A DNA stretch of 64,000 bases from Ignavibacteriota bacterium. GTDB taxonomy: Bacteria > Bacteroidota > Ignavibacteria > Palsa-1295. The stretch's first letter is position 1; each line of letters starts with the position of its first letter. Positions 39,666-50,041 of the stretch are shown here, in pieces. The stretch spans positions 1,568,001 through 1,632,000 of the forward strand of contig CAWBEI010000002.1 of assembly GCA_963787835.1 (NCBI GenBank), written 5' to 3'. The position numbers were made by a program, and so were the translations under genes. The notes under the pieces were generated by a model that worked only from the letters and a program-made list of their open reading frames with translations, was not told the DNA's origin and did no database searches.

Positions 39666-39675
39666 CAAAAATACG
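39666..39675 (-). promoter_or_regulatory. -7 promoter element directly before the kduD ATG
   Basis: CGTATTTTTG followed by TCCC-ATG. Confidence 0.6.
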
Positions 39676-39715
39676 ACAGCCAAAGGGACGATCTTCAACA
39701 TCCAAGAAGACAAGC

Positions 39716-40264
39716 TTAAAACATATAGCCGAGGCCAGCTTTAAAGCCCCTCCGAATGGTGAATGCAAGATCGAGATAGATGTGCCCATCGTCGAAACTG
39801 GAGAAGCGAAGGTCAGGCCCAATATTCAGAAAGCTTTTTGTAAATTGAACCCATCCGGAAACACTGTCGTAACGTTCCCAGGGCTGGTAGCTATTCAGAA
39901 CCACAATACCGAGGAATGTCGAGCTATGGTTCGTCGAATCATGTGGGAAGACGTACCCTACATGAATACCCCAATATTGTTCGATGGAGTTGGATACCGG
40001 TCCGGGTGGTGCTATATATCCGGGGAGATAGAGCACAGTGTTGACCCTTTGGATAGGGTACAAGATTCCATACTCAAGCCCTGCATAGAAGAATGGGGGG
40101 AAGCGCACCCCGGTTTCGACGCCCCAACCTGGGCCGCCATCTCCACCAAAATCTCCGCTCGCTCCGAGATACGGAGCAACGTTTCGTTCCTGCGCAAAGC
40201 TTAAGCTGCCGTGGGTTACAAGGCAAATTGCAACAATGCAACAAGAGAGCAGGGGCCTGAACAT
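39716..40264 (-). CDS. hypothetical outer-membrane beta-barrel protein
   Basis: Signal peptide, amphipathic beta strands, C-terminal GYMF. Confidence 0.6.
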   Translation of the reverse strand: MFRPLLSCCIVAICLVTHGSLSFAQERNVAPYLGASGDFGGDGGPGWGVETGVRFPPFFYAGLEYGILYPIQRVNTVLYLPGYIAPPGPVSNSIEQYWGIHVGYVFPHDSTNHSSTFLGIVVLNSYQPWERYDSVSGWVQFTKSFLNIGPDLRFSSFDDGHIYLDLAFTIRRGFKAGLGYMF

Positions 40265-40309
40265 GGGAAAGAGAACAAGGTCAGCAGAATATAGATTTAG
40301 AGGCTGTGC

Positions 40310-40693
40310 TCAGACTTCTCTTACTCGCTCGCGAAGCCAATGAGTAAGTTCATCCAGATTCCACTCTCCCGCAGCAACAGCAAGAATGGTTTTTTCCTGA
40401 TCGTTAATTTCCTTTATCATTTCAAACTGGTTTGCACGGAGAACCCACTCCATCATTGCATGGCCGATGCGCTTATTTCCATCGACAAAAGGATGATTTC
40501 GAATCAGGAAATAGCCAATCGCCGCTGCTTTGCTGATCACATCTGGGTATAGATCCTGACCTCCAAAAGATTGCAATGGCTGACCGAGTGCAGAAAGAAG
40601 TAAGTGCATGTCACGGACACCATGCAGGCCTCCGGCATCATCTACGATTTTTCTCTGCTCCCGTAAGACAAAATCGATCTCGGGGTAGCGCAT
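40310..40693 (-). CDS. doc: death-on-curing (Doc/Fic) toxin
   Basis: HPFVDGNKR Fic motif, GGLHGVRD. Confidence 0.93.
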   Translation of the reverse strand: MRYPEIDFVLREQRKIVDDAGGLHGVRDMHLLLSALGQPLQSFGGQDLYPDVISKAAAIGYFLIRNHPFVDGNKRIGHAMMEWVLRANQFEMIKEINDQEKTILAVAAGEWNLDELTHWLRERVREV

Positions 40694-40891
40694 TAACTCA
40701 ATCGTTTATAAAGCTCTCGATTTTCTTCTCGAATCTTCGCGCCAATTTCGTCATCCGTTTGAAGATGAAGCGGCAGTTTTGATTTTATGGTCGCTTTAAT
40801 ATAATCCTCATCGGAAACTCCGGCGCGTTCGGGCAGCGACGTGAATTTCACGGATTTCTTCATTCGAGAATTCTATTGTTACCCGATCCAT
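40693..40891 (-). pseudogene. Doc-cognate antitoxin with +1 frameshift at about 40831-40833 (probably a sequencing error)
   Basis: MDRVTIEFSNEEIREIHVAA / ERAGVSDEDYIK...ENRELYKRLS*; TAATG overlap with doc. Confidence 0.75.
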
Positions 40892-40959
40892 ATTAAAAAT
40901 AACTTTGGGGCATTGAGTCCGGTTCAGTTTTGAAATGAAGGACTCTTTAGGAGACAGCC

Positions 40960-41157
40960 TTACGCCGCGACCTTCTTCGTCAAACCCTCGATCGGCCACA
41001 TGGCTGCAGCCTGTTCGGCGCTTGCTTTTTGTACGGCGCTTCCATCGCGCATGACGATCTCGAAGGCGGTCTGGCGTTCGATATGGTCGAAAAATACGGG
41101 CTGGGCAAGACGGTTAAGAGCTTCGCGGGTGTCGATGGTCGGCTTTGTTACTTTCAT
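40960..41157 (-). CDS. small hypothetical protein
   Basis: 65-aa ORF MKVTKPTIDTREALNRL...; no recognisable family. Confidence 0.5.
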   Translation of the reverse strand: MKVTKPTIDTREALNRLAQPVFFDHIERQTAFEIVMRDGSAVQKASAEQAAAMWPIEGLTKKVAA

Positions 41158-41466
41158 TATAAGGTCGATTCTATAAGTAGTTGAACGAATCAAAGAGAAC
41201 TGCATTCACGATTCGGAATTACCCCTAAAAGGCTGCCGTTCGTTTAGATAAACAGTGTTACTTTGTGTCTAATATACAGCACATCCCACGAATGGCGACT
41301 CTGGTTCCCACTCATTTTAACAACGGTTCTATTATTGGAGATATGGCGGGGGTTGGGAGTATGCCGCCACGGAACTTCGATGCCCAAGAAACGGTTTGCG
41401 GCGTTTAGTTTGATTTCCGCCTTTCGTCATATTGCCACTGGCCGCCCGGCGCGAGAATTGCGTAAA

Positions 41467-41901
41467 ATGCAGCGCGTGGGCGCACATTTAGCACAGATCG
41501 GTGCATTTTTAACCGTTCTCATCTTTTTTGCCGATACGATCAATGCCGATATTCTCTACGCAGCGATCATTGGGGACGTCCAATTTCAGGATAATCCGCT
41601 TATCCTCGATTCGGCGACAGATTCCACCAGTGTAGTACCCGACGTGCTCCAGCCCCATGTCAACTATTTTGCGGCGGCGAAGTATGATGGGGGTGCCACC
41701 AATGTTCACCGGCACATCATACCACGTTTTTTCGGTACCACGATCATTGAGGATGCCGATAGTCCGGCTGTTCTCGATGGCGAATGCACCGCGAACCTCA
41801 CGTACGATTTACATACCTTTTTTATTCAGGACAAGATCGAATCCCGGAGCGCCGTTACTACGCTTAACCGGACGATCACCTATGGGCGTCTTCTGATTTA
41901 G
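41467..41901 (+). CDS. hypothetical exported/membrane protein upstream of the efflux operon (CzcI-like position)
   Basis: N-terminal hydrophobic segment; ends TYGRLLI. Confidence 0.55.
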   Translation: MQRVGAHLAQIGAFLTVLIFFADTINADILYAAIIGDVQFQDNPLILDSATDSTSVVPDVLQPHVNYFAAAKYDGGATNVHRHIIPRFFGTTIIEDADSPAVLDGECTANLTYDLHTFFIQDKIESRSAVTTLNRTITYGRLLI

Positions 41902-42053
41902 CAGTCGTCAACCGACTGGCCCTCTTCGCCGTGATATTCCTATCAAGGCATATTCATTTTTAGTGCATTCCACGCAGGTGCTCTGGCATAATGGCTATGG
42001 GCTTGTGCGAGAAATGCAGAGTTTCCTCAGGTATTATCAGAGAAATCTAGGCA

Positions 42054-43325
42054 ATGCCATATTCTAATCAATTTTTGAGACGAGCAGCACTCTCCGTGTT
42101 ACTTGCGCTTCTGGGATCTAATGTGGCCCACGGGCAAGCGGATACGATGTCGCTAAGTTTAAGTACCGCGCGCCAGATAGCACTATCCCGAAGCGCAGTG
42201 CTCGCCGGTGACCGCTATCGCTTGCATGCAGCCGAAGCAGATACGATGACGGCGCATCTATTCCCGAATCCAGAGCTTTCCGTGAATGCGGCGAGCTATG
42301 GTTTGTTCCAAAAACCGATCGATAACTCGCTTGCTACGACTTCGTACCGGCTTGACCAAACAATCCCGATCGCTGGGCAAATGAGCAATCATATTCTGAC
42401 CGCGAGAGAATCGACGGAAGCGGCGCGAAGGACTTACGATAATCAGGTCTTTCAAACGAAAGCTACTGTTAAGGATAGTTATATTGATGCGGCCTACGCT
42501 CAAGTCAATATCGATCTCGCTCGGCAGAATTACGACCTCTTTGCTAAACTGGTTGAGGGATCGAAAGCACAGCTTCATGCGGGAGCTATTGCGGAAGAAG
42601 ATCTCATCAAGCTTGAACTGACGGAGCTGACTTACCGCCAGGCTGTCAGCGATGCAGAGCAGAGCCTGACAGATGCGTTGAACTCACTCAAGCAAACGAT
42701 GGGGTTCGATACAACTCTCCCAATTAGGGTGCAATATGATTTCCAGTCTTCTGGATATCTGATGCCGCGAGACTCTCTGGAACATGTGGCCTATGCTGAG
42801 CGCGCCGATCTTAGCGCTGCCGAGCATTCCGTAAAAGCTGCGAAGCATCAGTCCGATCTTTCGCATTCCAACGCGTGGCCAGCCCCTACTTTGGGGATCG
42901 AGCTCGATCGGGATGGTCCGGACTTTCAGAACTATGTTGGCGGCGGGATCGGAATTTCGATCCCGATCTTCAACCAGAATCAGGATGATATTTATCGTTC
43001 CGAATCCAACGAGCGCGCCGCCGAATACGATTACGAGAATGCTCGCATTGGCGTCCATGGCGATTTCAATGCGGCCTACGATAAATACCGGAACTCGCTC
43101 AACACGTTTCGAGGGCTTCCGGCCGACCTTGTGAAAATGGCTACCGATGTGCGCGATAACGCCATTAAGAACTATTCTGCGGGGCGGATCGGTCTGATCG
43201 ACCTGCTCAGCTCCGAGCAAGTTTATCATGATGCCATTGCGAGCTATTATGGCTCGCTCTACACACTTGCTAAAAACCAATCACTGCTGGAACGCGCCGT
43301 TGGCGTAGAAATTTTTGAGAAATAA
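42054..43325 (+). CDS. TolC-family outer membrane efflux protein (CzcC-like)
   Basis: Signal peptide; FPNPEL, ISIPIFNQNQ, helical repeats. Confidence 0.9.
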   Translation: MPYSNQFLRRAALSVLLALLGSNVAHGQADTMSLSLSTARQIALSRSAVLAGDRYRLHAAEADTMTAHLFPNPELSVNAASYGLFQKPIDNSLATTSYRLDQTIPIAGQMSNHILTARESTEAARRTYDNQVFQTKATVKDSYIDAAYAQVNIDLARQNYDLFAKLVEGSKAQLHAGAIAEEDLIKLELTELTYRQAVSDAEQSLTDALNSLKQTMGFDTTLPIRVQYDFQSSGYLMPRDSLEHVAYAERADLSAAEHSVKAAKHQSDLSHSNAWPAPTLGIELDRDGPDFQNYVGGGIGISIPIFNQNQDDIYRSESNERAAEYDYENARIGVHGDFNAAYDKYRNSLNTFRGLPADLVKMATDVRDNAIKNYSAGRIGLIDLLSSEQVYHDAIASYYGSLYTLAKNQSLLERAVGVEIFEK

Positions 43326-44451
43326 TGTTATGCAAAGAATAAAATTTTTAATCGTACTGCCGGCGCTTCTTGTGCTTGGCGCGTGCTCGAAAAAAACGGA
43401 TGAGCCCACGGAAGAATCGAAGGCATCATCGAAGGATATCATTACCGTCAGTGCAAAGATGGCGTCTCAGTTGCCGCTTGCGACAGCCCAGACGGAGCCG
43501 ATCAAGTTCATCACGTTGCTTTCGGGACATATTGATTTCGATCCGAACAAAGTGACGCACGTCGATCCGCTTGTGGGCGGAGTCATCAGTCATATTTACG
43601 TGACGCAAGGAGATGTTGTTCATAAAGGGCAAGTGCTCGCCGATGTCTATAGCGGAGATTTTGCGAGTGCGATCTCGGACTTTCAAAAAGCGAAGTCAGC
43701 CCGAACCCTTGCCGATAAAGCGCTCGCGCGCGCGCAGGAATTGCTCGACTCGAAAGTGGCCTCGAAACAGGAGGTGCAGCAGGCTGAGAACGATGATGCA
43801 CAAGCGAAGGCAGATTACAATCGAAGCCTCGATGCACTAAAGCTTCTTGGAGGCAATGAAAATTCAAACACCATGACGTTCCAGATCACCGCGCCGATCG
43901 AGGGCACGGTCGTCGAACGGCTGGCGCAACCCGGTTCCCAGGTTCGGAATGATGGTTCAACGCCAGCTTTTACTATTGGAAGCACATCAAGCCTTTGGGT
44001 TTCGCTCGATGCGTATCCGGAAAATCTCCGCTCGCTGAAAGTGGGGGATTCCGTCGTTCTAAAAGCTGCCGGTTTGGAGGATCATCCATTTAGTTCACAA
44101 ATAGAATACACATCTCCAACAGTCGATCCAACGACGTTTACAACCAAAATACGTTGTACGTTGCCTAATTCTGGCGGGCTATTAAAGCCTGCGATGTTCG
44201 TTGGTGCAACGGTCTATCACGCAGATGGTCAGGGACTCTATATCCCTGGATCGGCAGCATTCTATGACGCCGATGGCAAAGTGTACGTCTTTTTTCAGAA
44301 CGCTCCGCACACGTTCCGGAAACAAGAAGTGACGGTCGGTCAAACCGAGCCAGACCGTGTGCAAATCAACAGTGGGCTTAATGCTGGCGACACCATCGTG
44401 GGTGATAAGTCACTTTTTCTTAATGACGAACTTCAGTCAGATCAAAAATAA
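43315..44451 (+). CDS. RND periplasmic adaptor (CzcB-like lipoprotein)
   Basis: Lipobox LGAC; APIEGTV, LKPAMF, GLNAGD. Confidence 0.92.
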   Translation: MRNNVMQRIKFLIVLPALLVLGACSKKTDEPTEESKASSKDIITVSAKMASQLPLATAQTEPIKFITLLSGHIDFDPNKVTHVDPLVGGVISHIYVTQGDVVHKGQVLADVYSGDFASAISDFQKAKSARTLADKALARAQELLDSKVASKQEVQQAENDDAQAKADYNRSLDALKLLGGNENSNTMTFQITAPIEGTVVERLAQPGSQVRNDGSTPAFTIGSTSSLWVSLDAYPENLRSLKVGDSVVLKAAGLEDHPFSSQIEYTSPTVDPTTFTTKIRCTLPNSGGLLKPAMFVGATVYHADGQGLYIPGSAAFYDADGKVYVFFQNAPHTFRKQEVTVGQTEPDRVQINSGLNAGDTIVGDKSLFLNDELQSDQK

Positions 44452-44487
44452 CCCATTGCTGATACACTCACAGAAGGGGAATTACCC

Positions 44488-47400
44488 ATGCTGAAAAAAA
44501 TTGTTGAACTCGCTCTTAAAGAGCGAATCGTCGTTTATTTTACAACAGCGCTACTTGTGGTTGCTGGAATTTATTCGTTCTCGCAACTTCCGATCGATGC
44601 CTATCCGGATCTGACCAACACGCGTGTCCAGATCGTTACGCAGTGGCCGGGACGGAGCACGGAGGAGGTGGAAAAATTTGTCACGATCCCAACCGAAACA
44701 GAGATGAATGGAATTCCGCATCTCATCTCGCTTCGTTCGACAACGCTATTTGGACTTTCGACGGTCTATCTCACGTTTGACGATGCGACCGACGATTTTA
44801 CTGCCCGAACGTATGTCAATCAGCAGTTGGCAGCGGTTGATCTGCCTGACGGAGTTACACCGTCGCTTGCTCCACAAAGCGGGCCGACCGGAGAGATCTA
44901 TCGTTACACCCTTCAGAGCAAGACGCGTTCGCCAATGGAACTGAAAGCGATCGAAGATTGGGTACTCGAACGTCAGTGGAAATCCGTGCAGGGGGTTGTG
45001 GATGTAACAAGCTTCGGCGGACCTACCAAGCAATATGAGGTTGCGATCGACCCACAAAAACTTGCCTATTACGGAATCGGCATTCAACAGGTATCCGATG
45101 CGCTGGCGGCCAATAATGCGAATGCGGGCGGTTCGCTGATCGAGCAAGGCGATCAGGGATATGTCTTCCGAGGGGTTGGCCTGCTCGCGAGCGTGAATGA
45201 CATTCAGAATGTGCTTGTAGCGAATTTAAATGGCACTCCGCTCAAGATTGCTCAATTGGGTGACGTTCGCATCGGACATGCCGTGCGACTGGGGAAAGTA
45301 GAAACGCCATTGAACCATGATGCCGTCGAAGGCGTGGTGATTATGAGGCGTGGTGAGAATGCTTCGCAGGTGATTGACCGGGTCGAGGACAAAGTGAAGG
45401 AACTGAATTCTACAATCTTGCCAAGAGATGTTAAAGTCGTTCCATATTACGACCGTGCGGATCTCGTGAGTTTAACGACGCACACGGTCCTGCACAATCT
45501 TGTGGTAGGGATGCTGTTGGTGATTATCATTCTGTTTATTTTTCTTGGGAACATTCGCAGCGCCTTTATCGCGGCATTGGTTGTACCGCTGTCCCTTTTA
45601 TTCGCGTTTGTTCTCATGCATCTCGCGGGGATGTCTGCCAATCTTCTTTCGCTGGGTGCCATTGATTTCGGCGTTATTATTGACGGCGCGGTGATCATGG
45701 TCGAGGCCATTTTTGCGCGACTTGCCATACAGCATATTGTAGATCGGGCTCAGCGGGAAACCCTCATTGAATCGACGGCCATGGAGATGAGCAAGCCGAT
45801 CTTTTTCTCCATCGTTATCATCATTGCTGCGATGTTGCCGATCTTCACCTTTCAACAGATCGAAGGAAGGATGTTTTCTCCGCTTGCGTACACGCTTGGG
45901 TTTGCGCTCGTAGGAGCGTTGTTGCTCTCGCTAACGCTCGTGCCGGTGCTTGCGCAGGATCTTTTGAAAGGCGAACTCCATGAGAAGAGTCCGCTCTTTG
46001 AATGGCTCAATAAAGTGTATGTCAAGGTGTTGGATACCTCGTTGCGGAAGGGCAAATTGATCTTCGGCATTTCGGTTGGGGTGCTGTTAGTGAGTCTGTA
46101 CCTCAGCCAATTCCTTGGAACGGAATTCCTTCCACATTTAAATGAGGGCACGCTATGGGTTCGTGCGTCGATGCCAATCAGCGTTAGTCCATCGACTGCC
46201 GATTCCACTTCGGAACACATTATCAATTTGTTAACGAGCTTTGATGAAGTCAAAAACGTGGTGCTGCAATTAGGCAGACCGGACGATGGCACCGATGCGA
46301 CTGGATTTTTCAATGCGGAGTTTTTCGTCGATTTGAAGCCGGAGGAGCAATGGAAAAAGCATTCCACGAAAGAAGCGCTTATTGCGGATATGAACGAAAA
46401 ATTTGCTGCTTTCCCCGGAATTGACTTCAACTTTTCCCAGCCGATCTCCGACAATGTGGAGGAATGGGTAAGTGGCGTTAAAGGCGAGCTTTCGGTGAAA
46501 TTATTCGGATCTGATCTGGGTGTGCTTCAGAAAGAGGGTGAACAAGTGAGCGAAATTCTGAATCGTATCACTGGGGTCACCGATGTAGGGGTCTTCACGG
46601 AGATCGGTCAGCCTACGTTGCAGGTCGATATCGATCGCATCCGGGCAGCGCAGTATGGTGTCAACATCAGTGATGTTCAACTATTGATCGAGTCCGCGAT
46701 TGGTGGTCACGTTGCCACACAGTTTTACGAAGGCGAGAAACATTTTGATGTCGTCATTCGCCTTGCCGAGCAATTCCGTAATGCGCCGGATAAGATCGGC
46801 GCGTTGCTTGTCTCGACTTCGAATGGTGCAAAAATTCCACTTTCCGAAATTTCTACCATCAGTGTGAAACCGGGCGCGGCTTTTATTTATCGAGAATCGA
46901 ACGGCCGCTATCTCGCCATTAAATTTAGCGTGCGCGGACGGGATATGGGTGGCGCGGTCGCAGAGGCGCGCGCGAAGGTCGCTAAAGAAGTCAAATTTCC
47001 TGGAGGAACCTATGCCGTATGGGGGGGCGAGTTCGAAAGCCAGCAACGCGCAATGGCGAGGCTCGCGATCGTAGTACCGCTCAGCCTGCTGCTTATTTTG
47101 ATATTACTCTATACGACGTTTGACTCATGGGGCTATGCGCTGATCAGCCTGGCGAACGTTCCTTTCGTGACTATCGGTGGAATTCTCGGATTGTTGGTAG
47201 CCGGCCTGCATTTTTCCGTTTCAGCGGGGATTGGATTCATCGCACTTTTTGGCGTGAGTATAATGAATGGCGTAGTGCTACTAACATTTGTGAAGCATCA
47301 TAAAGATGAATTCGATAACGTTGCCGATCTCTTACGTCATGCATGCATGAGTCGCGTCCGGCCGATCGTTATGGTCGCAGTACTCGCCATGATAGGACTG

Positions 47401-47577
47401 ATGCCGGCTGCGCTTTCGACCGGCATCGGTTCAGAGACGCAAAAACCTCTTGCGGTTGTGATCGTGAGCGGACTATTACTTACGGCATTTATTAACCTCA
47501 TTCTGCTACCGATCATGTATCAGGTATTTAGAATTGACCAACCCAGAAGAAAATTATTCCCTTCCAAGCAAAGTTGA
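44488..47577 (+). CDS. czcA: CusA/CzcA family heavy-metal efflux RND transporter
   Basis: LPIDAYPD, ANLLSLGAIDFG..IDGA, RVRPIVM, GSETQKPLA. Confidence 0.95.
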   Translation: MLKKIVELALKERIVVYFTTALLVVAGIYSFSQLPIDAYPDLTNTRVQIVTQWPGRSTEEVEKFVTIPTETEMNGIPHLISLRSTTLFGLSTVYLTFDDATDDFTARTYVNQQLAAVDLPDGVTPSLAPQSGPTGEIYRYTLQSKTRSPMELKAIEDWVLERQWKSVQGVVDVTSFGGPTKQYEVAIDPQKLAYYGIGIQQVSDALAANNANAGGSLIEQGDQGYVFRGVGLLASVNDIQNVLVANLNGTPLKIAQLGDVRIGHAVRLGKVETPLNHDAVEGVVIMRRGENASQVIDRVEDKVKELNSTILPRDVKVVPYYDRADLVSLTTHTVLHNLVVGMLLVIIILFIFLGNIRSAFIAALVVPLSLLFAFVLMHLAGMSANLLSLGAIDFGVIIDGAVIMVEAIFARLAIQHIVDRAQRETLIESTAMEMSKPIFFSIVIIIAAMLPIFTFQQIEGRMFSPLAYTLGFALVGALLLSLTLVPVLAQDLLKGELHEKSPLFEWLNKVYVKVLDTSLRKGKLIFGISVGVLLVSLYLSQFLGTEFLPHLNEGTLWVRASMPISVSPSTADSTSEHIINLLTSFDEVKNVVLQLGRPDDGTDATGFFNAEFFVDLKPEEQWKKHSTKEALIADMNEKFAAFPGIDFNFSQPISDNVEEWVSGVKGELSVKLFGSDLGVLQKEGEQVSEILNRITGVTDVGVFTEIGQPTLQVDIDRIRAAQYGVNISDVQLLIESAIGGHVATQFYEGEKHFDVVIRLAEQFRNAPDKIGALLVSTSNGAKIPLSEISTISVKPGAAFIYRESNGRYLAIKFSVRGRDMGGAVAEARAKVAKEVKFPGGTYAVWGGEFESQQRAMARLAIVVPLSLLLILILLYTTFDSWGYALISLANVPFVTIGGILGLLVAGLHFSVSAGIGFIALFGVSIMNGVVLLTFVKHHKDEFDNVADLLRHACMSRVRPIVMVAVLAMIGLMPAALSTGIGSETQKPLAVVIVSGLLLTAFINLILLPIMYQVFRIDQPRRKLFPSKQS

Positions 47578-47607
47578 AGCACACTTGAATGGTACAGATT
47601 CTATAAC

Positions 47608-48195
47608 ATGACTCAGCGTCTAACAGACCTTTGCGGATGGAGAATGAAGGCTGTCACACTCCTGCTCGTGCTTGTGACACAACGCCAGACGGCATCCGCG
47701 CGGGTGCTGGATAGTCTTGAAGTTTCTTCTCGTCCGTCTATGAAAGAATCGAATCTTTCGTTCCAGCTTAGCTCCGGTCTTGGGTACAATCCAGCTCAGG
47801 GGGGTAGTGAATTATGGAGCGTTAAGCTTATGCTTGGAACGCCGCTCTTTAGCACGGACGGCACGCTGTGGGCAGGGATCGAGCCAACAATGGTTCCGCA
47901 AAGCATAGGAGATGAAAATGCCGTAGATGGCTTCTCGCCATTTGTCATCGAGTACGAACATGATTTCCCTATTTCAAGAATGACGACCTTTTTGTATGCG
48001 AATGCCGGTGCAGGACCGCAGTTCGGAGATCGCTCGAACCATCTTCTGTTTCAGGCCGTGATGTTCTCGGCAGGAGCGGGGCTTCGCGATGGCGGAAGAT
48101 CTGGATTTTTCGGGCAATTAGGTGTAACATATAACAATGTTCCGATGACGAACGCCCGCGAGTTCCTGATCCTGAACGCCGGTATTTTCTTTTGA
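47608..48195 (+). CDS. hypothetical outer-membrane beta-barrel protein
   Basis: Amphipathic strands, C-terminal AGIFF. Confidence 0.55.
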   Translation: MTQRLTDLCGWRMKAVTLLLVLVTQRQTASARVLDSLEVSSRPSMKESNLSFQLSSGLGYNPAQGGSELWSVKLMLGTPLFSTDGTLWAGIEPTMVPQSIGDENAVDGFSPFVIEYEHDFPISRMTTFLYANAGAGPQFGDRSNHLLFQAVMFSAGAGLRDGGRSGFFGQLGVTYNNVPMTNAREFLILNAGIFF

Positions 48196-48245
48196 AGTTC
48201 AGCGTTAAGTGCCACGATTTTTGGTAATTTCCTTCAAGCTCCTAC

Positions 48246-49352
48246 ATGATGCCTCTTAGAAGTTCCGCCTTTCTTCTCCTCTTGTGCCTTTTTGAGATAA
48301 GCATAGCTCACTCAGCTCCTGCGCTAGCGTCAAGCCCATCTTGTTTGTCCCACGATTCCTTGTTCCAACTACCTATTAAATTTGCATTTCCAACTCGTAA
48401 TGATTCCATCACAGTAGCTCCGAGGGATTCTTTACGATGCATTGGTGACACGAACAATGCATACACACTCGATACCTCCAGGTTCATCCCCTGGTCGCAA
48501 TATCGCTGGGCCGATCATCAGATGTACACACTTACAGGGGATCCACCACGCCGATATACCCAGATCCAGCCTATTCCGGCCTACACCTATCTTGGGACGT
48601 ATTTCGGGATACTTGCTGCGCTTCACCTTTATCAGGAGGAGACTTTTTGGCGATCGGGGCAATCGTTTCGTATTCGGGATAATTTTGATGAATCGTTAGG
48701 CGCAAATTACGGCGGTCACTTTGATGGTGGCTATTTTGTGTCCTACGTATCAGAGCAGGCTTTGATCGCTTCAGGAGTCAGCTACAAACTCGCTCCGATC
48801 TATGGTGCGATCGGTGGGCTGTTATATCAAACCTATGTCGAAGTATTAGATGGGTATGGTTCCGATTTTTCACTGTCGCCATTCGAAGTATTCTCCCAAA
48901 CGCTGGGATGTATCTATTTCGCTGCATCGCAATACTGCAGGACGCTGCAGGATCTATCGCCAAAGTTCAATTATTATCCTTCCTCCTGGTATGGAGATTT
49001 GCCGAAAGCAGGTTCCCTGACGCCTATTGACGATTACAGTGCCTGGAATTTTTGGATCAGCGCGAATATCAAGGATCTTTCTGGATGGGGGTTCTGGCCA
49101 AATTGGCTTAATATCGCAGCCGGATATGGCGCACGGAATTTAGACGATCCCGGAGAAACGAGAACGATCACCCTTGCGCTGGATTACGATCTGGTCAAGC
49201 TACTGCCCGGTGGATCGGAGCAATGGGACTGGTGGCGCCAAACCCTGGACTTTCTAAAGTTACCAGCTCCCGGTCTCGAATGGGATGTGACCAGAGGTGG
49301 CAAAAGTTTAGGAGTACATTTCTATCTTGCCTATCCATTCGTAAAATTTTAA
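48246..49352 (+). CDS. DUF2279/YfiM-like protein (variant motif)
   Basis: GGHFDGGY, EVLDGY, IDDYSAWNFW, WLNIAAGYG, LALDYDL. Confidence 0.7.
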   Translation: MMPLRSSAFLLLLCLFEISIAHSAPALASSPSCLSHDSLFQLPIKFAFPTRNDSITVAPRDSLRCIGDTNNAYTLDTSRFIPWSQYRWADHQMYTLTGDPPRRYTQIQPIPAYTYLGTYFGILAALHLYQEETFWRSGQSFRIRDNFDESLGANYGGHFDGGYFVSYVSEQALIASGVSYKLAPIYGAIGGLLYQTYVEVLDGYGSDFSLSPFEVFSQTLGCIYFAASQYCRTLQDLSPKFNYYPSSWYGDLPKAGSLTPIDDYSAWNFWISANIKDLSGWGFWPNWLNIAAGYGARNLDDPGETRTITLALDYDLVKLLPGGSEQWDWWRQTLDFLKLPAPGLEWDVTRGGKSLGVHFYLAYPFVKF

Positions 49353-49362
49353 TGATCCGCCA

Positions 49363-50022
49363 ATGAGAACATTTTTTGCAGCATTCCTTCTTCTGTTAGT
49401 ATCCCATTTGGCGATGGCCCAGACCGATGAAAAGATTTCATTCGGAGTGGGGGTCAGCTATTTTCCCGCCGTTATTCCCGGTGATGATTCTTATGGCGGT
49501 CATTTTGGCGCTGCCGGACTGATGAATTTTTCGGTGCCGATGCAATTCGGACCGTACATTCGTTTCGAGCCGGAATTAGGCTTGTATTTCAAGGCGTATC
49601 AGCAGCAGGTGCCGGATTCGGCCGGTTCCTCGAGCACATTTCTAAGAACGGCGAACCAGCAAATTGTGCGTGCGGGATTTGGGGTGATCTACACCAAGCA
49701 AGTGGATTCCGTTTTTCAATTCGGCCTCGGTGCACGGTTGGGAATTATGTCGTCTGAATATGAGACCCATCAAGCGACCAGTGGCGTGCAAGATAGCGAT
49801 GTTCATTATGGAGTGTTCTATCTCGGTGCCGTCTTTTCGGTAGAATATTTTATATCAAAGCATTTCAGTATTGGCGGGGAACTGCAATTCATCCATTATG
49901 ACTTTGGCGCGCCGCTCGTTACGGTCGGCTCCAATCAGCTGAGTGGATATCTCTCACCAGACACCCCGCAACAAGGCGTCTGGAGCACCAATGAAGTGCT
50001 CTCGGCGAAGTTTTGGTTCTGA
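49363..50022 (+). CDS. outer-membrane beta-barrel protein
   Basis: Signal peptide; EYFISKHFSIGGE; C-terminal FWF. Confidence 0.75.
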   Translation: MRTFFAAFLLLLVSHLAMAQTDEKISFGVGVSYFPAVIPGDDSYGGHFGAAGLMNFSVPMQFGPYIRFEPELGLYFKAYQQQVPDSAGSSSTFLRTANQQIVRAGFGVIYTKQVDSVFQFGLGARLGIMSSEYETHQATSGVQDSDVHYGVFYLGAVFSVEYFISKHFSIGGELQFIHYDFGAPLVTVGSNQLSGYLSPDTPQQGVWSTNEVLSAKFWF

Positions 50023-50041
50023 TTTTTTATTATTTTTAATC

